A DNA stretch of 52,949 nt from Desulfuromonadaceae bacterium. Its GTDB lineage: Bacteria > Desulfobacterota > Desulfuromonadia > Geobacterales > Pseudopelobacteraceae. The notes under the pieces are model-generated. The model was given only the letters and a program-made list of their open reading frames with translations, was not told where the DNA came from and did not search any database. The stretch is from the NCBI GenBank assembly GCA_049305715.1, contig JBAQPK010000604.1, positions 1-52,949 on the forward strand, given 5' to 3'. A program made the position numbers and the translations under genes. Shown here piece by piece: positions 25,490-32,382 of this stretch (position 1 is the first letter of the stretch; every line of letters starts with the position of its first letter).

Positions 25490-25716
25490 ATCAATCTAGC
25501 CATAACAATCCGGGCGGCAGAGCCCCATACCTCAGCCTTGGTGTGAGCGGTCATGGCTTCCGCGTCTTCCTTGGGCCTGTTTTCTGCCCTGCCAATTAGG
25601 CCCCTGAGAGCTGCGTTCTTCGCCTCGTTATCACAGGCGGTTTCATAGTCGCGGAACGTCTTGGCCAAGTCGCGGATCATCGTTTTTGTTTCTTCGGCCA
25701 TTGTTTCATCAGGCAT
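25486..25716 (-). CDS. Hypothetical protein (76 aa)
   Basis: Track ORF flanked by the two motif copies. Confidence 0.55.
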   Translation of the reverse strand: MPDETMAEETKTMIRDLAKTFRDYETACDNEAKNAALRGLIGRAENRPKEDAEAMTAHTKAEVWGSAARIVMARLM

Positions 25717-25731
25717 AAGGCATCCTATAGA

Positions 25732-25765
25732 GTTAACTGCTTGAAATTATCCCCGCCGAACTGCC
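25732..25765 (-). promoter_or_regulatory. Conserved intergenic motif, copy 2 (just upstream of the 25716 start)
   Basis: Same 20-nt core as 25456..25475. Confidence 0.5.
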
Positions 25766-25798
25766 ACCGGCTGCGCTAGGTGTAGCGGTTCTTTGTTC

Positions 25799-26014
25799 TC
25801 ATCTTTGGCCCCATTCAATGAAAGCGGCAGAAATGATAATAAAGAAAATTGCTACCCCACCAGTCGATAGGACGGTTGGGATATACCACCATTCAAACTC
25901 GGTGGACTCGAATGGGAAATAATGGAACGAGTAGAAAAAACCCCACACCGCCGCCGCAATCACAGCCACCCCGCCGATTGCTGTTCCGAATCTCTTGATA
26001 TGTTTCATCTCCAT
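25799..26014 (-). CDS. Small membrane protein (71 aa, two predicted TM helices)
   Basis: Hydrophobic stretches GGVAVIAAAVWGFFYSF and VLSTGGVAIFFIIISAAFI; GAGGGG RBS. Confidence 0.6.
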   Translation of the reverse strand: MEMKHIKRFGTAIGGVAVIAAAVWGFFYSFHYFPFESTEFEWWYIPTVLSTGGVAIFFIIISAAFIEWGQR

Positions 26015-26074
26015 CCCCTCGCATTAATTAAACTTCGTGGGCCGGGCAACTGTTGTGATTGCCCTTCCCGGCGA

Positions 26075-26248
26075 TCACTCGCCCCAGACCTTATCGCGCT
26101 TCATTTGCGCGATCATCGCCGATCCTAATCTGCCGAAGCCCATCATTTTCCCGCAGAGCAACCGGCGCAGAGTTGGAGCTTTCCAGCCTTTGCGCTCGGC
26201 GTATCGTGCCACTGTCCCGTACTTCTCGCGTATCTTTTTGGTGCTCAT
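26075..26248 (-). CDS. Hypothetical small protein (57 aa, MSTKKIREKYGTVARYAERKGW...)
   Basis: Internal ATG of track ORF 26075..26335, overlapping the DUF5131 stop (ATGA). Confidence 0.5.
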   Translation of the reverse strand: MSTKKIREKYGTVARYAERKGWKAPTLRRLLCGKMMGFGRLGSAMIAQMKRDKVWGE

Positions 26249-26970
26249 GGCATCTCCTGGCCTTGAAGGAAAGCGGGGATTGGTTCTTTCCTCGCCATCT
26301 GTTTCATAAAGAACGGCCACCCGGCCGCCGCGCATTGCGTTTTGAGATCATCGGCCCAAGGCGCTTCCATGTCCCTGGCCTGCGGCCCCGATTCACCACC
26401 GCAAATCACCCAATTAATCAGGCCATGCCCACATTCGATAATATTCATGTGTTGCCCTTCAGACAGGCAAAGCAACCATTCCGATCTCATCCGCACCGGC
26501 CCAATCATTGGCTCAACCGAAACGAAGCGGAGAGCCGCCGGGGTTTTGAGTAAAATCGGAATCCGCTGGTCAGCCATATCCTGATTCTCTGCCGTTACCC
26601 CGAGCCAGACATTGCGATACGGCCAGCCTTCCGGCAACCTTCCGGCGATATTCTCCGGCCGCTTGGTCAGCAGCATGTAAGTTAGGTGCGGAGTGCGGCG
26701 CATGATCTCCCACGCCTCGTCCCGCCATGCGTCGGCATCCTCGATAAAGAAGTCAGACCATGAGCAGACAAACACCTTGGCAGGTTCTTTCCACCTTAGC
26801 GGGGCATTAAATGTGTGCTGTTTCGACCTGATAACGATTGCCGGGTCTTGCCCATACCGTGCCTTGTCTCGGTACATATAGCAATGAGCGCAACCAGGCG
26901 ACACCTTGCGGCACCCTTGCCAGGGGTTCCACGTATGGTCGCACCATGATATGCCTGAATTTTTAGCCAT
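26245..26970 (-). CDS. Phage Gp37/Gp68 (DUF5131) family protein (241 aa)
   Basis: N-terminus SGISWCDHTWNPWQGCRKVSPGCAHCY is the hallmark opening of this family. ATG 26970 follows GGAGG (track start is 27027). Confidence 0.8.
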   Translation of the reverse strand: MAKNSGISWCDHTWNPWQGCRKVSPGCAHCYMYRDKARYGQDPAIVIRSKQHTFNAPLRWKEPAKVFVCSWSDFFIEDADAWRDEAWEIMRRTPHLTYMLLTKRPENIAGRLPEGWPYRNVWLGVTAENQDMADQRIPILLKTPAALRFVSVEPMIGPVRMRSEWLLCLSEGQHMNIIECGHGLINWVICGGESGPQARDMEAPWADDLKTQCAAAGWPFFMKQMARKEPIPAFLQGQEMP

Positions 26971-27008
26971 AAACCCTCCGATATTGATTAGTAAGAAGCT
27001 ATGTCGTG

Positions 27009-27037
27009 AATCTATCCCATCCGGCATATTATGTCAA
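27009..27037 (-). promoter_or_regulatory. Sigma70-like promoter candidate for the minus-strand early operon
   Basis: Minus strand TTGACA (27037..27032), 17 nt, TAGATT (27014..27009). Confidence 0.4.
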
Positions 27038-27081
27038 TGGTGAATAGTGAGTTTTATTTACACACAATGCCCAAATAACCC

Positions 27082-27110
27082 TTGACGCCATATTCCGGCC
27101 TTGGTACAAA
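27082..27110 (+). promoter_or_regulatory. Sigma70-like promoter candidate for the plus-strand early operon
   Basis: TTGACG (27082..27087), 17 nt, TACAAA (27105..27110), in the divergent intergenic region. Confidence 0.4.
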
Positions 27111-27150
27111 TAGCCATCACCGGAGCAAAACTAACTTGGAGGGTTTGGGT

Positions 27151-27369
27151 ATGCAGGGAGAAATAAACCACTTTTTTTATAGCGAGAAGCAAGCGGCTCT
27201 TTATAGCCGATCTGATAACCCCCAGCACAGAAACATCGCCTTGATCGAAGGGAATGAGGTTGTCTATACCTGCTGCTCTGATACCGCTGACCACGGCTGC
27301 CTGTTCGGCGATGAACAGCCTTTAGGTGTAGGCGTGTGGCTGAAGTGCGATGGCCACTGGAATAAATAG
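27151..27369 (+). CDS. Hypothetical protein (72 aa)
   Basis: Internal ATG of track ORF 27082..27369, preceded by GGAGGG. Confidence 0.5.
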   Translation: MQGEINHFFYSEKQAALYSRSDNPQHRNIALIEGNEVVYTCCSDTADHGCLFGDEQPLGVGVWLKCDGHWNK

Positions 27370-27396
27370 CCATCACCAACACACGGGAGGAAGGCG

Positions 27397-27672
27397 ATGA
27401 AAGCAAATATCAATGAGGTTTCCGGGAATGCCGCAGAGGTCACGCTGGACGGTGACGGCTGGCACGCAGTGGTCACGGCCAATATCGCGCTAGACGAAGG
27501 GCTTTACGAGGTCGTTCTTGATTCATGGATCGCCTTGACCGATGAGATTAAGATATGGGTTCCAAGCGCCCTGATATCTGGTAAGGAAACCGAGATTGCA
27601 GTTAACGAGGCCCTGGCCGCATATTACGAAGCGGATGCCGAGGCTACTAAAATTAACGAGTTGGAGGACTGA
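27397..27672 (+). CDS. Hypothetical acidic protein (91 aa)
   Basis: Track ORF with GGGAGGAAGG RBS. Confidence 0.6.
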   Translation: MKANINEVSGNAAEVTLDGDGWHAVVTANIALDEGLYEVVLDSWIALTDEIKIWVPSALISGKETEIAVNEALAAYYEADAEATKINELED

Positions 27673-27675
27673 AAA

Positions 27676-27873
27676 ATGCGTAAGGATAGAATTGAATTAA
27701 CCGATACACCCATGCCCATGATTATGAAAATGTCTGACGGCAACCCCGGCGCTGTCAATGTTTTGTGCCGGATGCTAAAAGAGGGCGAGGCCATCGACCG
27801 GGACAGCGCCCTTGGCGGATATGGCGCACTTCTGGGCATGGACACCCACGGGATTTACGGTTCCCGGATTTAG
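27676..27873 (+). CDS. Hypothetical protein (65 aa), possibly the N-terminal half of a TAG-split gene
   Basis: Track ORF ending ...THGIYGSRI-TAG. The next ORF starts at the very next codon. Confidence 0.55.
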   Translation: MRKDRIELTDTPMPMIMKMSDGNPGAVNVLCRMLKEGEAIDRDSALGGYGALLGMDTHGIYGSRI

Positions 27874-28092
27874 ATGCTTTACAACGATGTGTGCGGAGAG
27901 AACCTGGAAAACACCCTGGGGGTTCTCCGCGCCTGTCAGCTTGGGCATATTTCTGACTCTACCTTGAACCACGCCATAGATAACCGGGGCGAGGGGGTAG
28001 ACGTGGCGGCTCTGGTCGCTTACGTGAAGTCAGTATTGCCTGGATTTGGCGTTAAGGATGCCGAGGCCGTGAAGATTCAGGAGGCGGAATAG
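27874..28092 (+). CDS. Hypothetical protein (72 aa), possibly the C-terminal half of a TAG-split gene
   Basis: Track ORF MLYNDVCGENLENTLGVLRACQLG... I see no separate Shine-Dalgarno sequence upstream. Confidence 0.55.
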   Translation: MLYNDVCGENLENTLGVLRACQLGHISDSTLNHAIDNRGEGVDVAALVAYVKSVLPGFGVKDAEAVKIQEAE

Positions 28093-28093
28093 A

Positions 28094-28429
28094 ATGGACA
28101 TCCAAGCCAGCTTAGCGCCACGTTCCGAGGATGGCCGGAAAGGGACAATGCGCCAGACTGAAATTGAGTGCCACGAGTGCGGCCAGACGATTTATGCCGA
28201 CATTGACACCGGGATCAACGGGAATCATGTGATTCTCTGCCCTTGCGGCCACGAGCATTGCCGGGTAGTTGAAAGGGGCCGGATAACCTCTTCGCGGTGG
28301 GATCAAAGGAATAGAACTGCGTCAACGGTAACAGCTTCGACAACAACCACCGGAACGGATTTCTATATTTGGTCGAGTGTGACAATGACCAGTACAGCAT
28401 CTAGTTATTTTACTGTTGTTTGCGCTTAA
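28094..28429 (+). CDS. Zinc-ribbon protein (111 aa)
   Basis: CHECG ... CPCGHEHC motifs; AGGAGG upstream. Confidence 0.6.
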   Translation: MDIQASLAPRSEDGRKGTMRQTEIECHECGQTIYADIDTGINGNHVILCPCGHEHCRVVERGRITSSRWDQRNRTASTVTASTTTTGTDFYIWSSVTMTSTASSYFTVVCA

Positions 28430-28459
28430 CCAGCCTCACGGCTGATACAGGAGGAGAAA

Positions 28460-28927
28460 ATGAACGCAAAACTTTTAGCAGCAAAAGCCCGGATCGCGGC
28501 CATTGAATCACGGGTGGCGGGGATGCTGGCTGACAACACATACCGGACTATGCGGGATGAAACCATTGCCTATGATGGTTCATGCTTTCGTGAGGCCGAG
28601 GCAGAACTTACCGAGATCGCCGAAAGTTTGGAGCGCAAAGACGCGGCCAGGGAGTTGGCTTTATCCCGTGGCGACATCCTGCCCTATGGATATCCGGCTA
28701 CTGCATACGGGTGGGGTCGTGACCAGAGGACTAATTCACCGGCAGAACTGGCAGCCAAGCCGACCTTTACCGAACCGCCCCCGGAAGTGGCTGAACTGGT
28801 CAAAAGGTTGCGGTATTGCGACAGGGTTTGCATACTTGATGCGCCTGGAGGGCAAGGAACTTATAAAGAGCTAACCAGCGAAGAAATTGTCTGGGTGATT
28901 AAGGCTCTTGAGAATTACAAACCGTAA
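28460..28927 (+). CDS. Hypothetical protein (155 aa)
   Basis: Track ORF with GGAGGAG RBS. Confidence 0.65.
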   Translation: MNAKLLAAKARIAAIESRVAGMLADNTYRTMRDETIAYDGSCFREAEAELTEIAESLERKDAARELALSRGDILPYGYPATAYGWGRDQRTNSPAELAAKPTFTEPPPEVAELVKRLRYCDRVCILDAPGGQGTYKELTSEEIVWVIKALENYKP

Positions 28928-28945
28928 GAGAAAAGGGGGATGAAG

Positions 28946-29179
28946 ATGCCAACCATCACGATAAGAACGGACAAGTCAACGCCGAACTTTTGCGCTCTCG
29001 AAGCTGTGGCAATGTGGATGATGGATAATTACCTCACCAGGAATCATCTTAGTGAGCGAGAAATTGTCGTGAAAAGCGGCCGAAAGATCAAGGTCACGGA
29101 ACTCGCAAGGAAGAAAGGTAGCTCAATATGCAGTTGCCGGTTCAAGGCATCACTTGTTGGAAAAAATAAGGGGGAATGA
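28946..29179 (+). CDS. Hypothetical protein (77 aa)
   Basis: Track ORF 28940..29179; the second ATG has better spacing from AGGGGG. Confidence 0.55.
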   Translation: MPTITIRTDKSTPNFCALEAVAMWMMDNYLTRNHLSEREIVVKSGRKIKVTELARKKGSSICSCRFKASLVGKNKGE

Positions 29180-29473
29180 ATGCTAAATCCAATCGACTTC
29201 ACCGACCTACTGCCCGAGGTAGAGCAGACGCACCTTGGGGGGATTATCACCGGCAATCAGTTTATCGCCTTGTCCGTGGTCTTTGTGGCCATGGGCCTGC
29301 TGGTTCTGGCCGGGTTTCACGCCAGGGATTTCTTTGTTCCCCCGGCCAAGGGCAGCGTCATGGACTACCGGCCCGCGCCGATTGCTGGCAACATGGGGCA
29401 TATTGTAACCCCTGCAGAGGCTAAGATTAAATTCAGGGCCGCTCATCCGGAGTGGCGGGAGGTGGGAGAATGA
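29180..29473 (+). CDS. Small membrane protein (97 aa, one TM helix)
   Basis: Hydrophobic segment FIALSVVFVAMGLLVLAGF. Confidence 0.6.
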   Translation: MLNPIDFTDLLPEVEQTHLGGIITGNQFIALSVVFVAMGLLVLAGFHARDFFVPPAKGSVMDYRPAPIAGNMGHIVTPAEAKIKFRAAHPEWREVGE

Positions 29474-29625
29474 AAACGGTAAACATTGAACATTGCGGGG
29501 ATTGTCCGCACAGATATTACGAGGGCAACGATTTATACTGCGAAGAAACATCCTTGAAAACCAGCGAGAACGCCCCTATCCCGTCATGGTGCCCATTGAC
29601 AGACGCCAAAGAGGTGGCCAGATGA
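29470..29625 (+). CDS. Small Cys-rich ORF (51 aa, MKTVNIEHCGDCPHRYYEGNDLYCEE...WCPL...)
   Basis: ATGA overlaps at both ends. Below the track cutoff. Confidence 0.5.
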   Translation: MKTVNIEHCGDCPHRYYEGNDLYCEETSLKTSENAPIPSWCPLTDAKEVAR

Positions 29626-29912
29626 TCGCCACCCTCAAGCAAAAACGCCGGGAGGGAGTCAAGCGGATTGGCGAACTCCAGAAAGAGCGGCAGTCCCTTG
29701 ATGTGCAGATCGCCGTGGCCTCTACCGAGAAGCGGGTGAAGATTACCGAGGCGCGGCGGCGGAAAATCTACCCGCTCATTTTAGCGGATCTCGACAAGGG
29801 CCTGGATTTTCAGAAGGTGGCCCGCAACCTGAATATCCGTGGTTTCCGCAACGATGGCCGGGTCTGGCGGGCTGCGGCGGTTGAAACTGTCTGGCGGGAG
29901 GGAACGCTATGA
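29622..29912 (+). CDS. Small DNA-binding protein candidate (96 aa)
   Basis: Internal ATG of track ORF 29493..29912. The segment GLDFQKVARNLNIRGFRNDGRVWRAAAVETVW resembles the recombinase-type HTH region. Confidence 0.5.
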   Translation: MIATLKQKRREGVKRIGELQKERQSLDVQIAVASTEKRVKITEARRRKIYPLILADLDKGLDFQKVARNLNIRGFRNDGRVWRAAAVETVWREGTL

Positions 29913-30481
29913 CCGCCAAAAAGATGGCACCCCGCGACCAGTATTGCGAATGTGGCTGCGGTCTGAAGTTCGCTGGGCAGGCCGTGCTTAACGCCCGGTG
30001 GATTCGCGGCCATGAGGACAAGATGTGCGAGCTAATCAAGGCCGGGAAAGCTAAACCGCCTTTTGTCATAACCTGCCAGTTTTGTGAGCTCGAAGATGTC
30101 CCAGCCCTGGGCCGTGGCCAAAAGTATTGCACCGAGCGACTTACCGGGAGGAAATGCCAGCAGCAGGCCAAGGACGCGAACCGGTACGCCAAGGCCGGTC
30201 TGCCCAAAAAGCACACGCCCAGCAAGCCCTCCCCTAAATACAAATACCCATTCGACCGGGTTAAGGAGTGCCTGAAAGACACGGAAGGCCGCTGGTGTGA
30301 GTGTGTCGATAATGCCAGGTGCCTAGAGGCGGTATCTGAAGGTGGTTTGCCGAAGCTGCAATCTGGTATGGAGAAGCATTGCTACAGACCAACTCGGGCG
30401 GCTTCTGCCGGGTCGGCGATTGATTGCACGGTTTATCATTCTGAAAATAAACGGAGCCAGTCTAGCCGGGGGGCTCAATGA
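29909..30481 (+). CDS. Cys-rich hypothetical protein (190 aa)
   Basis: Track ORF with several CxC/CxxC pairs. Confidence 0.6.
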   Translation: MTAKKMAPRDQYCECGCGLKFAGQAVLNARWIRGHEDKMCELIKAGKAKPPFVITCQFCELEDVPALGRGQKYCTERLTGRKCQQQAKDANRYAKAGLPKKHTPSKPSPKYKYPFDRVKECLKDTEGRWCECVDNARCLEAVSEGGLPKLQSGMEKHCYRPTRAASAGSAIDCTVYHSENKRSQSSRGAQ

Positions 30482-30675
30482 AACTGAAACTTTGCGATGA
30501 CTGCCGGAGACTGTACCGGCCCACCAACGGGAAGCAAAGATATTGCCCCACCTGCGGCCAGCATCGTGCCACCGCCCAGCAGATGCAATCATTCCGTGGC
30601 AGTACGGTAAACCCGCTTTTCTTGCCGGAAACCCGCGAGGAGATAGAGGCGGTTATGGATGTTTTTGGGGATTAG
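30478..30675 (+). CDS. Zinc-ribbon protein (65 aa)
   Basis: CDDC ... CPTC motifs. Confidence 0.6.
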   Translation: MKLKLCDDCRRLYRPTNGKQRYCPTCGQHRATAQQMQSFRGSTVNPLFLPETREEIEAVMDVFGD

Positions 30676-30706
30676 TAAATAACTACACCGAATGGATTAA
30701 AAAATG

Positions 30707-30734
30707 TTGACTTGCCCGCTTGATAGGCTATTAT
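30707..30734 (+). promoter_or_regulatory. Sigma70-like promoter candidate
   Basis: TTGACT (30707..30712), 16 nt, TATTAT (30729..30734), with an A-rich upstream tract. Confidence 0.5.
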
Positions 30735-30763
30735 TCGGGACAGCGGACTTGCGCCGCGCATTG

Positions 30764-30875
30764 GGCCTTGGAACTCAAGCGATACCGATTAGTTTTCTTA
30801 CTCCGGCAACGGGAGGCTACCCCTCCGAACTTCCAAGGCTCAGATCGCGCCTCTCGTCTGCCGGGGTTTTTATTC
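30764..30875 (+). ncRNA. Structured RNA element, copy 1 (leader-to-loop helix plus large terminator hairpin), upstream of tRNA-Thr
   Basis: Helix X: GGCCTTGGAA (30764..30773) with TTCCAAGGCT (30831..30840). Helix Y: 30801..30816 with 30850..30866 (16 bp, one bulge), followed by TTTTTATT. Same architecture as 32383..32494, with compensatory changes. Confidence 0.5.
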
Positions 30876-30892
30876 AGCGTTTCCACCCCAAT

Positions 30893-30968
30893 GCCGTCAT
30901 AGCTCAGTTGGTAGAGCGCCTGCCTTGTAAGCAGGATGTCGCGGGTTCGATGCCTGCTGGCGGCTCCA
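30893..30968 (+). tRNA. trnT: tRNA-Thr (anticodon UGU), CCA encoded
   Basis: Cloverleaf read by hand: acceptor GCCGTCA/TGGCGGC, D arm GCTC-AGTTGGTA-GAGC, anticodon arm CCTGC-CTTGTAA-GCAGG, T arm GCGGG-TTCGATG-CCTGC, then T-CCA. Confidence 0.9.
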
Positions 30969-31087
30969 AAGATAACCTGTGTAGAAAAACGATTGCTGCC
31001 GCTAGACCGGCGACAGGCAACGGCCTCAAAACAGGGACACCCTACGAGACAGCAACACCGGAATCAGCCCCGGCCTGGGTTTCACTT

Positions 31088-31116
31088 TTGACCAGGAAAG
31101 CAAGCTCCCTGATAAT
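31088..31116 (+). promoter_or_regulatory. Sigma70-like promoter candidate
   Basis: TTGACC (31088..31093), 17 nt, GATAAT (31111..31116). Confidence 0.45.
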
Positions 31117-31240
31117 GTGCAATCGTTCCGGTTTGCCGGTTTGTTCTTCGGCCAGAAGGCAAAGCTATTAACTGCTGTCTAGATACGCCTAAAAATCGAG
31201 GGTGAAAGGCTGGCACCCTAGAATCGAGAGGAGGAGCGGC

Positions 31241-31519
31241 ATGAAGGCAAAACTCAGATGGAAGATGGAACCACGCGAAACCGGGTTACGGTCAATCGGA
31301 TCTGGCCCGAGAGGCTATTTTTACCATGACGGCGAAAAGGTTTACGCGCGCGTTTGTGCCCATGGTGGCAACTGGGCCAGACCGATGGCTGGATGGTATT
31401 GGGTCGCCGGGTGGGATTCAGATGTGCCATATCAGAACACGTCCGGTAGCCCCTGCGAGACGATAGACGAGGCCAAAACACAGGCGGCTGAATATGTGCG
31501 CCAGAATAGCATTGCATAA
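31241..31519 (+). CDS. Hypothetical protein (92 aa)
   Basis: Internal ATG of track ORF 31202..31519, preceded by GAGAGGAGGAG. Confidence 0.6.
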   Translation: MKAKLRWKMEPRETGLRSIGSGPRGYFYHDGEKVYARVCAHGGNWARPMAGWYWVAGWDSDVPYQNTSGSPCETIDEAKTQAAEYVRQNSIA

Positions 31520-31550
31520 GGGGCCTGTTCACATCGGCAGGCCCCTTTCG
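31520..31550 (+). terminator. Rho-independent terminator
   Basis: GGGGCCTG (31520..31527) pairs with CAGGCCCC (31538..31545), followed by TTT. Confidence 0.6.
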
Positions 31551-31580
31551 GAGAGTTCAAAAATCAAATAAGGAGGGTGT

Positions 31581-31811
31581 ATGATTAACCGGTAAGAAAT
31601 AATCAAGAAATATTCGTTTCTGCGGACCAACAATCACGACATCCCGGATGCAACAATCGAGTTTATCAAGGATGCAGCGTTAAGCGCGTATGATTCTCTG
31701 CATGATAAATACTGCGGGAAGTGCCAATTTAACGGGAAACAGATGGTTTACCCATCCCAATGTACCGGGTGCGGTGGGCATGGAGAGAAGCGCAATTTTA
31801 GGCTTGCATAG
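31581..31811 (+). CDS. Zinc-ribbon protein gene interrupted by an in-frame TAA at codon 5 (recoding candidate)
   Basis: AAGGAGGG then ATG 31581, ATT AAC CGG, TAA (31593..31595), then 71 open in-frame codons (EIIKKYSFLRTNNHDIPDATIEFIKDAALSAYDSLHDKYCGKCQFNGKQMVYPSQCTGCGGHGEKRNFRLA) ending at TAG 31809. No ATG/GTG/TTG before 31743. Confidence 0.5.
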
Positions 31812-31830
31812 GCGATACAAGATAAAGTTT

Positions 31831-32010
31831 TGGGTGGTGGCGGAATAGAGACGCTACCAGATTAACTGGTGAACCGGAGGGCAACCGAAGGCGAAAAGTG
31901 AGGGGAGGCCGTAGAAAAGCCGCCGTTGGGAATAAAACCAATGGGTGCGGACGATCTACGGTGAATGAGCTTGAATCTCCCCATGTCGGAATCGAATCCG
32001 GCCCACCCAA
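31831..32010 (+). ncRNA. tRNA-like structured RNA with a roughly 110-nt insertion at the variable-region position
   Basis: Closing helix TGGGTGG (31831..31837) with CCACCCA (32003..32009), directly preceded by the T-arm-like hairpin GTCGG/CCGGC (31985..32002). Hairpin ACCAG-ATTAA-CTGGT at 31856..31870. Long nested arm 31902..31982 (GGGGAG/CTCCCC, CCGTAG/CTACGG, CCGC/GCGG, TTGG/CCAA). Confidence 0.4.
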
Positions 32011-32036
32011 TTTAATCATTTCCTGGAGGGGAAAAC

Positions 32037-32333
32037 ATGAAAAAAGACGAAATCATCGCCAAGATTAACGACACTTCTGGGCGGATTTCTGATCTGCAAA
32101 ACGACAAGATAGGGCTTCTTGCCAAGCTTGCCGAAACCGTCTCTCCCTACAGAGTCGGCGAGATAGTGGATACCAAAGGGTACAGCTACCGAGGATCAAA
32201 ATGCAAGATTTCTCGTATCTCAGCCCAACCGACATACAATGGCAAATTCGAACTGCACGTGAATGGCAACGTCCTCAAAGCAAACGGCGAGGAAGGTGCC
32301 AGACAATGCGATTGGGACGAGAAAATCAGCTAA
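32037..32333 (+). CDS. Hypothetical protein (98 aa)
   Basis: Track ORF with GGAGGGG RBS. Confidence 0.6.
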   Translation: MKKDEIIAKINDTSGRISDLQNDKIGLLAKLAETVSPYRVGEIVDTKGYSYRGSKCKISRISAQPTYNGKFELHVNGNVLKANGEEGARQCDWDEKIS

Positions 32334-32344
32334 TCGAATAACCC

Positions 32345-32372
32345 TTGCATCCATTTCCAGATAGTATATCAT
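32345..32372 (+). promoter_or_regulatory. Sigma70-like promoter candidate
   Basis: TTGCAT (32345..32350), 16 nt, TATCAT (32367..32372). Confidence 0.5.
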
Positions 32373-32382
32373 AAATCACATG

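Noticed and set aside
30704-31171. 155-aa + strand ORF spanning 30704..31171
   Set aside because: It runs through a promoter-like site, the structured RNA element and the tRNA-Thr gene, so it is spurious.
31831-32010. tmRNA, or an attP copy of a host tRNA 3' end
   Set aside because: There is no G3-U70 alanine identity pair and no plausible tag ORF ending in a hydrophobic or Ala-rich tail. The only short frame gives ATEGEK. The RNA is far shorter than known tmRNAs. No integrase is present anywhere in the window, and the T-loop is non-canonical.
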